Source of the DNA: Octopus sinensis
Taxonomy: Eukaryota
Assembly: GCF_006345805.1 (NCBI RefSeq)
Contig: NW_021829672.1
Span: forward strand, 1 to 34,785
Length of the DNA: 34,785 bases
Direction: 5' to 3'
The translations under genes and the position numbers were made by a program. The stretch's first letter is position 1. The number at the start of each line of letters is the position of its first letter. The notes below the pieces were generated by a model that saw nothing but the letters and a program-made list of their open reading frames with translations, did no database searches and was not told the origin of the DNA. This document shows positions 24,678-34,785 of the stretch, piece after piece.

Positions 24678-27600
24678 ATGTACAAAGGAACTACGAAGAA
24701 ATTAAATGCCACCGATACTATTCAACCCAAGAATAACAATCGAGCGGTACGTACAATAAACCTACAACAAAAAATGTACGAAAAACTACACGTGCGAAAT
24801 AATGTGACGACAGAAATAAACGGACCGGTACCCTACGAAAATGACGACCGTCAAAATAATGGGCCGGACGTTGTACCTCATGTCCCGCAAATAAAACCAA
24901 AAGACGTAAATGGACACGTGAGGAATACATTTCTATCTTACACGCATACTTCACAGCAGTACTCTACCCAAAAAATGAAAAAACAACAACACATACATAT
25001 AAAATATGGAAGGAAAATAATAGAGATTTAGACTTGGATACAGCAATGAACCCTAATAAATTAGCTAACGTACGAAGATACATTCTCAACACAAAAAAAA
25101 TATCAGAAATAGAAATAGAACACCTAAAAGAAAACATACACCAGGAAAATGTAGATAGAAGCCACACAACAATGCCCAATAATATAAACACTGAAACTGT
25201 AAAACACGAAGACAAACGCAACATTCCCAACAAACACGATGTAAACAACGAAGGGGAGCCTAATGATTATGATAATATAAAAATAAAATAATCAAAGAAC
25301 TGAAAACCACAGAGCTCAAAATGGACCACCGACCATACCTCCCAAGAATCAAAATAAACGAAATAAGCTGGATACTCACCCAAACCCGCCCAAACAGGAG
25401 TACCACCACCCAAACAAACCCTGTGGATAAATAACATCCAAAGCAAAATAAAAAAAAATAGAAAAGACCTGTCGATTCTTAATGAAATCAGCAAAGAATC
25501 AACGCTACTGAGCAACAAAAAGAGAACAAAAATACTCCGCAAATATAACATCACAGAAAAGATTTGCCTGAAATAAAAGAAAAGCTGAAGCAAGATATCC
25601 TTGCCAAAGCACAAAGGATCCGCCGGTACAAGAAACGCCAACGCTTCTTTGAAGAAAACAAAAAGTTCAACTCCAACCCCAAAAAGTTCTACCAAGAACT
25701 GGGCAAAAATAAAATAGAAGTCACTGCAGCACCAACGGCAGAAGAATTGGAAGAATTCTGGGGAGAAATATGGTCGGCGAACGAACCACCAAAAAAAAGG
25801 AGTATCAAAATAACAAACTCGGCATCTGAACAAATTTGGACCCCCATAACAACTGAAGAGGTCACCCAGGCACTGCAAAGACTAAGCAACTGGAAGGCAC
25901 CTGGGCATGACAAGATCCCCAACTTCTGGTTGAAATATCTAACAGGAATGCACAAAAAGCTGGCTGAAAACTTTAACAACGTACTAGCAGAGCCAGAGAC
26001 AATGCCTGAATGGCTCACGAAGGGGAAAACCATCTTAATTCCCAAATCAAATGAAACAGAAAAACCAGAAAACTACAGACCAATAACCTGCCTCCCTACT
26101 ATGTTCAAGGCATTTACTGCAGTGATATCACAAAGGCTGAACAAGCACCTGGACGAAAACAAACTGTTCCAGAAGAGCAGAAAGGCTCATATGGCTGTAA
26201 AGATCAACTAATGATTAATAAAGCCATAACTGAAGACAGCCACAGAAAGAAGAAAGGCCTCAGTATGGCCTGGATTGACTACAAAAAGGCGTTTGATAGC
26301 ATCCCCCACACATGGATCCTCGAAACACTAGCCATTAACAAAGTAGCACCAACAATCATAAAATTCATAGAGCACTCTATGAATAAATGGCAAACAGTCC
26401 TACACCTCCAAACAAAAGAGGGACTCATGAAAACCAAAGACATCCCCATTAGAAGAGGAATATTCCAGGGAGATACGCTCTCTCCACTCCTTTTCTGCTT
26501 GGCACTGTCACCTCTATCTGATATGCTAAATAGAACTGGATGCGGATATAAATGTTACGGCAAAACGATCAGCCACCTTTTATATATGGATGACCTAAAA
26601 CTATACGCTGCAAATGACAAACAGCTGGAAACACTATTAAAGACAGTTCATGGATTTACCAAAGAAATAGATATGAAATTTGGATTAGAAAAATGCGCCA
26701 AAGTAACCATGAAAAGAGGAAAACTAGTTAAGAGTAACAACATCACACTAGATGAAGCAAATGAAATAAAAGAATTAGACCAAAGCCAAACTTACAAATA
26801 CTTAGGAATCCATGAACTAGATAAGACACAACACACACAAATGAAAGAGAAAATAAAAAAAGAATATTATAGACGAGTTAGATCAATACTAAACACAGAG
26901 CTCAATGCTAAAAACAAGATAATAGGTATCAACACTTTAGCTGTCCCAGTTATAAGTTACAGCTACAATATCCTTAACTGGACACGAAATGAACTGACCA
27001 AAATAGACAGGAAAACAAGAAAAATAATGACAGGATCTAGGATGCATCACCCAAAATCTGACATAGAAAGACTATATATACAACGTATAGAAGGTGGTAG
27101 AGGCCTTATACAGCTGGAAAACTACTATAAAATAACCACCATAGGACTGCAAAAATATCTACTTCAGAAGGAAGGAAAACTGATCCAGATAGCGGCAAAA
27201 CACGAGCAAAACAAAAAACTGTTCTCAGTATTTAAGGAAGCTGACAAATACAAACAAGAAATCATACCACCTAAAAACATGAGAAGAAAGAAGAAGAAGA
27301 TGAAGAAACAACAAAAGCTATAAAAAAAATGAAATCCAAACTAAAAATAGAACAGCAACGAACCATGATAAAACGATGGCAAGAAAAGCCCCTTCATGGT
27401 AAATACTGGACTAAACTAAACGCAAAAGAAATAGACAAAGAAAAATCCCAGCAATGGTTGAGAAGCTCAGGACTCAAAGCAGAAACAGAGGGATTTTTAA
27501 TTGCAGCACAAGACCAAAGCCTCCCCACCAGAAATTACCAAAAACATGTAATGAAAAGAAATATTACAAGTAACTGCAGAATATGTGGAGATGGACAAGA

Positions 27601-28144
27601 AACAATAAATCATATTATCTCTAGCTGCCCAGTCCTGGCTAAGAAGGAATATATTCACAGACATGACAGAGTTGGAACTTACATACATTGGAAGCTATGC
27701 CAACATTATGGAATAACAACAGAAAAAAGATGGTATAGGCACACACCAGAAAAGGTCACAGAAAACGAGAAAGCAACCATACTCTGGGATATGCCGATAC
27801 ACAGATAGAGAAATTAAGGCCAACAGACCAGATATAGTTGTCAGAGACATCATGAAGAAAAAAAATGCTTTCTAATTGATGTATCAGTACCGGCAGATGA
27901 CAACGTGTCTCTAAAAGAAATGGAGAAACTCTCAAAATACAAAGACCTGGAAATAGAGGTAACTAGAATGTGGAATCTGAAAACAGAAACAATTCCTATC
28001 ATAGTAGGTGCATTAGGCATGATAAAAAAATATTCAGACAAATACATAACAAAAACACCAGGACTTACAAACACATATAACATACAGAAAATTGCACTAC
28101 TAGGCACTGCACACATCCTACGCAGAACACTTTCCATACAATAA
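24678..28144 (+). pseudogene. Frameshifted RT-RLE polyprotein
   Basis: KWTREEY...KLANVRRYI; NWKAPGHDKIPNFWLK; NYRPITCLPT; WIDYKKAFDSIPH; RRGIFQGDTLSPLLFCLAL; HLLYMDDLKL; YKYLG; CRICGDGQETINHIISSC; RHDRVG; ILWDMPI..NRPDIVV..LIDVSVP..KEMEKLSKYKDL. At least six frame breaks. Confidence 0.93.
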
Positions 28145-28264
28145 CCATCAGAGCATCACAACAAATCACAGCACATACCCAAGGCACACAGAGCTGCGCT
28201 CGGTAGTGAAGTGAAAGCACGCTATAAAATAAAAATAAAATACTGAATATAATAATAATAAATA

Positions 28265-28305
<41 letters not shown>

Positions 28306-28307
<2 letters not shown>

Positions 28308-28860
28308 TGCCCTGATGCAGTACCAGGCAGTGGCTCATGGCTTCTGATCTTAACTGATTGGAAGTGTTATCATGTACATTGTTTTGTCTTGGTAAAAAAG
28401 ATGGGCTACAGCAAATATTCTGCTCAATACCACAGATTTGCTTGTCAGTTGTTTGACCTTAACCAGTTGAGCATGTCCCTTAGTGGCTGACGATATGTGC
28501 ATCTCTGATCACGAGCAGAAGTAGTGGGGGAGCATCATAGCCATGTGTTGAGAGGGATTCTTTGGGGTTTGAATAATTCACCTCTGGAAACATGGGTGGT
28601 TCTTTCAACATCCTTAAACAACCCTTATTCAGGGACCTTTTGAGCGGGATGTGCTACTCAACCTGAAGAAAATTCTAACTGGGCCCCACCTGCAAGGTCA
28701 TGTGCTGTTTATCTTGATATGAGATCACCATGTCGCGCACATATGGTTGTGATGCATGTGCCTGGTGTACCTTTATCAGACGGGTAGTCATGATGGGTAT
28801 ATTGGGCTTCGTATATTTTACCCCAGTGTCACTTTGATGGCATGCACTGCTCTCTCACTC
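28306..28860 (+). mobile_element. ~555-bp non-coding element between two (TAA)n tracts, probably a non-autonomous retroposon or a LINE 3' UTR
   Basis: Sharp compositional boundaries: starts right after (TAA)n at 28303 and ends ctctctcactc followed by (AAT)n. No ORF, no tRNA head, no TIR. Confidence 0.55.
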
Positions 28861-28879
28861 AATAATAATAATGATAATT

Positions 28880-29345
28880 AGAAAGCCACCACAATCGGAC
28901 TGTCCAAATACCTTGAAGCAACCAACGATTGGATGCTAAAACTTGTTGAAAAATATGAAAGACCTAAAAGCTTCATTCTATTCTGAAAGAGAGCAAAAAA
29001 TTCGCTACTGATCTCTTAGATACCTACCAGATTGATCAGGTTGAAGGAAATGCACCAACTGCTGCTGCAAAGAAAATAAAATTAATTGCAAAGACAAAAG
29101 TACTTGAAAAATTAGCCAGCAGATGGGAACAGAAACCTCTGCAAGGCAAGTATGAGGCCCGTAGCAAAAACAAGGTGATGTCGACCAGAAACACACACAT
29201 CAATGCTTACTAAGCTCAGGGCTAAAAGCAGAGAGTAAAGGTTTTATATCAGCTGCTCAAGATCAAAGCTTATTAACCCGGAATTACCAACCCAATGCGA
29301 TAAAAAATGGAGCTGACCCAAAATGCCGATTTTGTAACGATAAAT
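28880..29345 (+). pseudogene. Internal fragment of another R4/Dong subfamily
   Basis: TTIGLSKYL...RWEQKPLQGKY...SSGLKAESKGF.SAAQDQSL.TRNYQ...KNGADPKCRFC. Confidence 0.8.
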
Positions 29346-29928
29346 ATATGCATTTATGACTAGAAGAACTGGGACGCCTTTGCCAGTGAAAGTATCCAAG
29401 ATGTCCAGAGTGGCATTTTCTTTCCTTTGCTTTTGAAAAACTTCCTTCAGACCATTTTGTAAAATTTTGAATTCACTAGTCATTTTTGGTTCAAAATAAA
29501 AAAAAAAAGAATCCTACAACGGAGCAAGAAAAAGGAGGAAATCAACACTTTTGATTTTGTAGTAAATTTCGTAATAAACGGAAACACAAAAATCAGCGAA
29601 AATGATTATCTAAACAAGGAAACTATCAGCAAAGTTTTCTTATTCTTTTACTTCTTCTCTGCTTTGTTATTTCGACAAAAAAAAAAACAAAAAAACACTT
29701 CTTTCCGAAAATTATAATGAAATGAATAAATAAATTCATAACAGAAGAGTCACGATAATATTAACCGCTGCCTGACGAGGTGTCCACTAGTTTATCGCTG
29801 GAGTGCTTCGTCATCAACAATCTCTGATTGGAATATACGACACAGTATCTACCATAAGGTTTGGATTAATCATAGAAACAAAACAAAGCTAGTAATCGAG
29901 GCAAATTAACATCAATTTTATGTTATAA

Positions 29929-30265
29929 GCATGGCTATGTGGTTAAGAAACTCGCCTTGCTACCACGTGAGTTCAGATTGAGTCCTACTACGCAGAATCT
30001 TGTAAGTGGATTTGATTGACGGAAACCATGTGGAAGCCCGTTGTGGATATCTCTGTGTACGTGTTTGTGTTAGTCCCCAATCCGACCACTTTATAACCGG
30101 TGTTGGTTTGTTAATTTCCTCATAAATTAGCGGTTTTGTCAAAAAAAAATCAATAAAATAAGTACAAGAATTTATAAAGAAAAAAAAAAGAAACAAACAA
30201 ATACTTGTGGGGATTTGTTTAGGGTCGTTGCCACAGCATGGCCGCATTCCAATGATTGAAAGAAG
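29929..30265 (+). mobile_element. SINE family A, diverged copy
   Basis: atggctatgtggttaagaaactcgcc...gtggatttgattgacggaaac...ggtgttggtttg...cagcatggccgca. Confidence 0.7.
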
Positions 30266-30941
30266 ATGACAGATTTTCTTAAGTAATGTTAAAAAGAGTG
30301 AGGCAGTTGAATTCTTGAAAATAGCAGGCCAAAAGTTATTCCGGCAACATGTAATAATATTTTGAAATTCGAAAGAAGCTGAGCAGTAATTTGAATAAAT
30401 AATAAATATATTAACATGTTTTAAGTAAAGCAGATTTTCGCTGATTCTTTTCTTACAAATTCTTCGTACTGTTTCAATTATTTCAATCCAAATAAATGCG
30501 GCAGATCAATTGGAAAAATGTTCACTACTGAATAGAGAGCCAGCGGTTGATATTTTTGTCTTCTTTCTATTTATTTATTTATTTATTTATTTTTGTATTT
30601 GTCATTTCTCTGCATTATTTGAGAAAAAGAAAAAAAAATGATTTTAGATCGAAATATAGAAAAAGAATCGAAGGAAATATATACATATATGAATATGTAC
30701 ATGTGTATAGATATATCTACACACACACACACACACATACACACACGCACACACACACAAGCACACACAAGCACATACATACATATATGTATACATACCT
30801 ATATATAACACGTTTGTTTATTTGTGCGTGAGTGTGCATGTGTGTGCGCGAGCGCGTTTGTGTATTCCTTACTTGCTAACATGCACCGTTTCCTAGGTTT
30901 GGCTTTACACAAGAATCCTAAATCTATTCAAATCTCCCCTT

Positions 30942-30981
30942 GCAGCAGCAGCAGCAGCAGCAGCAGAAGTAGTAGTAGTAT

Positions 30982-31048
<67 letters not shown>

Positions 31049-31076
31049 TGGTGTGGTGGTGGTGGTGGTGGTGGTG

Positions 31077-31117
<41 letters not shown>
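30942..31117. repeat. Compound trinucleotide repeat (CAG)n(TAG)n(TGG)n(TAG)n
   Basis: Direct inspection. Confidence 0.95.
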
Positions 31118-31231
31118 TAATACACTTGCTACTGTTCATGTCTCTACATTTAATATAGCGTGTCGTTTGAGTGTATGAATGTGTGTCTATGTATGTCCAT
31201 ATATCTATCTATCTACCTCTTTTACTCTTAT

Positions 31232-31433
31232 ATTCTTTTACTTTTTTCAGTCATTTGACTGTAGCCATGCTGGAGCACTGCCTTTCGTCGAGCAAATCGA
31301 CTCTAGGACTTTTTCTTTGTGAACCTAGTACTTATTTCATCGGTTTCTTTTGCCAAACTGCTAAGTTACGGGGACGTAAACACACCAGCATCGGTTGTCA
31401 AGCGATGTTGGGGTGACAAACATAGACACACAA

Positions 31434-31477
<44 letters not shown>

Positions 31478-31652
31478 ATATATATATATATATATATATA
31501 CGACGGGCTTCTTTCAGTTTCCGTCTATCAAATCCACTCACAAGTCTTTGGTCGGCCCGAGGCTATAGTAGAAGACACTTGGTCAAGGTGCCACGCAGTG
31601 GGACTGAATCCGGAACCATGTGGTTGGTAAGCAAGCTACTTACCACACAACC
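31232..31652 (-). mobile_element. SINE family A, near full length
   Basis: Same architecture as 21505-21912, with a longer internal (CA)/(TA) tract. Confidence 0.92.
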
Positions 31653-31849
31653 ATATATATATATATATATATACACGCACACACACACACTCACACACAC
31701 ACACGCACACACACATATATACACATACATATGTACTTATATGCATGCATACGTACATAAATGTATATTTAAATATGGTTGTATACATACAAATATATGT
31801 ATATGTGTGTGTGTATATATGTATGTATGCACATATATATATGTATTAT

Positions 31850-31894
<45 letters not shown>

Positions 31895-31911
31895 AATATA
31901 TCTATAAAATA

Positions 31912-32085
31912 ATATGTTACATTACTCAATAGTCAAGATAAAACTCTGAGTTTCAGATGCCGGAGTGGAAATCCACAACACCATCTCTTCGGTTAGCCAG
32001 ATAACCGAAGAGACAGTGTTGTGGATTTCCACTCTGGCATCTGAAACTCAGAGTTTTATCTTGACTATTGAGTAATGTAACATAT
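31912..32085. repeat. Palindrome with ~84-bp arms and 6-nt loop, carrying a hammerhead-like motif
   Basis: atatgttacattactcaatag...ctcttcggtta / gccaga / taaccgaagag...ctattgagtaatgtaacatat, with about 3 mismatches. Embedded in (TA)n. Confidence 0.95.
31999..32061 (+). ncRNA. Variant type I hammerhead-like motif
   Basis: AGATAA-CCGAAGA-stem II (containing GTGG attt CCAC)-t-GAAACTC a GAGT-T-TTATCT. 6-bp stem I and quasi-palindromic stem III, but U4>C and an extra U before GAAA. Confidence 0.4.
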
Positions 32086-32588
32086 ATATATATATATTAT
32101 ATATATATATATATATATAAATTGAGATTCAGAGATTCTCGGAATAGAAAACAATTAGTAGCGATCAAATGATTCGAACTCAAACTCCGATGTCTGTACG
32201 AGAAACCAATTGTTAGGAGTAAAGTGTGGAATCAAGGAGAGTAGATATGCAGGCAATTATAAGGATAAACAAATTAAATATAACAGCTCGAGTAATATGC
32301 GCATTATGTGTGTGTGTGTGTGTGTGTGTGTGTTTCCATGCGAACAGAAAGAGAGCAAAGATTGAAGACATTCAGACGATGATGATTCAAGTATAGATAT
32401 ATAGATATTTATATTAATAGACCAAACTTATACAGGGTACAAACCTTTAATTTTCTCTTTCATTTATACTTATAAGTTTGATCTATATATTTATACTTAA
32501 ATATTCATCGACTGAAAGTCTCCACTTTTTGCTTTCTTTCTGTTTCCCTGTATACATACATACATACATACATACATACATACATACA

Positions 32589-32624
<36 letters not shown>

Positions 32625-32962
32625 TATAGCCACAGCAGGAAATGTATCAGGACATGAAATGTGAAAGCCGGACTAGACTACTTTATGCGCAACTCCATTG
32701 TCTCCCGAGACAAAAAGGATGCCAACAATATATATATAGTATATAAGTAAAAGGGGCAGGCAACAGGTTGCTCTGCCGCATACCGAAAGAATTAGAAATA
32801 GCAGTCAGAGATTGTTTATTTCCATCTTCTACAAGTGGGGGCTCCATATACGACATAACCCTGCAATTCACATACGCAAAATAGGAGGAGTAAATAAACG
32901 AAAACAACCCCTTACCGTTAATGGTGATTATTTACCCTTTTTATTATATTACTAATTGGATT

Positions 32963-33000
<38 letters not shown>

Positions 33001-33005
<5 letters not shown>

Positions 33006-33345
33006 GTAAGGGTAAAGACCCCCTTCGGTCATGAATGACCATGAGATTGCACCTAGAAAGTTACCCTCCGAGGCACAAGTCTGGGCAAGGTTGTTTATGG
33101 AAGGCCAGCAGTCGCCCATGCATACCAGCCTCCCCTCTCCACGCCACCAGTGTTATCCAAGGGAAAGACAAAGGTCGATACAGCTTGGCACCTGTGACGT
33201 CGCAACTCATTTCTACAGCTGAGTGAACTGGAGCAACGTGAAATAAAGTGCCTTGCTCAAGAACACAACACGCAGCCCGGTCCGGGATTCGAGCTCACAA
33301 CCTCACGATCGTAAGCTCGACGCTCTAACCACTGAGCCATGCGCC
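33001..33345 (-). mobile_element. SINE family C: tRNA head, conserved central domain, LINE-like tail
   Basis: Minus strand GGCGCATGGCTCAGTGGTTAGAGCG...GAGCTCGAATCCC (A and B boxes), then ttcttgagcaaggcacttta...ctccagttcactcagctg, and a (CCCTTA)n-like tail. Confidence 0.88.
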
Positions 33346-33591
33346 TTCATATAAATCTATGTATGTATACATATATAATGTACTACATATATATATATGT
33401 ACGTTTATATATTCGTTTTGCAAGATTCTTGATGTGACTTCGTGTGTTGAAACATATATTGTTGTATTTGGGAATGGTCATGTTGCCAGTTTAGCCAATG
33501 AAAACACACGCACTATATATTGGTGCTCACTTGCTTCAGCTTTATTTTATATTAATCATATTTCACATACATATATATACACATAGATGTA

Positions 33592-33988
33592 TTCTTTTCT
33601 TCTCTAGGCATAAAGCCCGAAATTTGGGGGGAGGGAACCAGTCGATCACATTGACTTCAGTACACAATGTGCAACTGGTACTTAATTTATCGACTCTGAA
33701 AGGATGATTTATCGACTCTGAAAGGCAACTCAGAACATAAATACAGATGAAGTATCTATTTCTTTACTGCCCACAAGGGGCTAAACACAGAGGGGACAAA
33801 CAAGGATAGACAAACGGATTAAGTCGATTATATCGACCCCAGTGTGCAACTGGTACTTAATTTATCGACCTCGAAAGGATGAAAGGCAAAGTCGACCTCG
33901 GCAGAATTTGAACTCAGAACGTAACGGCAGACGAAATACCGCTAAGCATTTCGCCCGGCGTGCTAACGATTCTGCCAGCTCGCCGCCC
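33592..33988 (-). mobile_element. SINE family B, full length with internal duplication
   Basis: Head GGCGGCGAGCTGGCAGAATCGTTAGCACGCCGGGCG..., B-box-like gagttcaaatt, and duplicated gcaactggtacttaatttatcgac. Confidence 0.9.
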
Positions 33989-34101
33989 TATACATATACA
34001 TATGTTTTACATCAAACCCAGGCTTTTATATCTAATTTGTTTATCGGTATAACTGCCTCTCTCTCTCTCTCTCTCTATGTATATATATATATATATCACG
34101 C

Positions 34102-34442
34102 TGTCGCATTTGCTCCTACCTCTTCAACGCCGCCATCCTCACAGGCACCCATCATCGTCCCTATCACATCACTGACTTCTTTACCTGCACTTCTAGTATC
34201 GTCATTTAATATATCTCTTACTCTCTCTGTTCTTCCAATTGGCTGAACGGTTCGCGGAGCTCCTCCAAGACATCAGAATTGGCAATAATACCCCAGTCTC
34301 GCACCATTTCCGCTCTACCAGTCATTCCCCAAAACATCTGTCTGTTTTCGGACTGTCTTTGCACAGTAGCCATCCGGACTCCCGCCTTCGCCGTGAACAA
34401 TTTTAATCTTCTCTTCGCTCCTTTGAACCACATGGGTACAAC
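34102..34442 (+). pseudogene. Penelope-like element GIY-YIG endonuclease remnant (Neptune-type linker)
   Basis: CRICSYL...FTCTSSIVI*YISYSLC, then after a deletion LAERFAELLQDIRIGNNTPVSHHF...SRLRREQF...L.SFEPHGYN: the C..C linker, L..RF.EH, V..HF, R...E and P.G.N pattern of PLE endonucleases. Confidence 0.8.
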
Positions 34443-34785
34443 TCACCTACTCTCTTGTTCTGACACCAACCTCTACTTCTCTCTTCTATTGATACCAACC
34501 CACACCATGCCACACACACTAGCACTGACCACTTCCCAGCACCCACACCACACACCATCATCTACACATCCGCACACAATCTACAATAGCATCACCACAC
34601 ATACCCACTATATGAGCAGCCACACACACTGTTTAACTCAGTACACACACCACACTCCCACACCCACACAAGCACATAATACTTGAACACTGTCAACATA
34701 TATACATACCCACGCAACACACATAGAGAAAGATACATACACCAAACACATGCACACTGCTTGGTCATAGACACACACACGTGTG

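Larger units (their letters stand above)
24328..28245 (+). mobile_element. Near full-length R4/Dong-clade non-LTR retrotransposon (RT, CCHC, restriction-like endonuclease)
   Basis: Single long ORF, short 3' UTR, and (TAA)n on both sides. Confidence 0.92.

Noticed and set aside
25267-26045. Minus-strand ORFs of 203 aa and 118 aa
   Set aside because: Antisense shadows of the A-rich R4 ORF; F/L-rich with no motifs.
29770-29815. Third hammerhead candidate (ctgacgag...tcgtca hairpin)
   Set aside because: The CUGACGA half is present and a hairpin forms, but there is no correctly placed GAAA or stem III on either strand.
30924-31139. Poly-Tyr/His/Cys and poly-Ser/Gly ORFs
   Set aside because: Translations of the compound trinucleotide repeat.
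33001-33015. Telomere-like (TAAGGG)n
   Set aside because: Only about 2.5 units, not TTAGGG, and positioned as the tail of SINE family C.
33270-33345. tRNA gene
   Set aside because: A and B boxes are present, but the acceptor stem is not closed, and the sequence continues into a SINE body and tail. The same applies to the heads of SINE families A and B.

Overview
AT-rich eukaryotic non-genic (intergenic or intronic) DNA, almost entirely microsatellites and transposon debris. The SINE families and microsatellite density suggest an octopus/cephalopod genome; this is inference from recognition, not a search. No host protein-coding exon is supported, and most ORFs in the track are microsatellite or antisense artefacts. 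Supported elements: a fold-back Tc1/mariner derivative carrying a nested hAT MITE; a non-autonomous Helitron; three tRNA-derived SINE families; fragments of CR1/L2, RTE, L1/Tx1 and Penelope (GIY-YIG) elements; and a nearly full-length R4/Dong-type RT-RLE retrotransposon. Most notable: (1) two unrelated long palindromes (1-290 and 31912-32085) built from inverted minimal hammerhead-ribozyme motifs; (2) a ~9.7-kb head-to-tail train of R4/Dong-type elements plus a ~555-bp non-coding passenger, joined at (TAA)n tracts; (3) a gag/ORF1-only element with stacked, diverged 3' ends and no pol; (4) a circularly permuted 28S rRNA-derived fragment.
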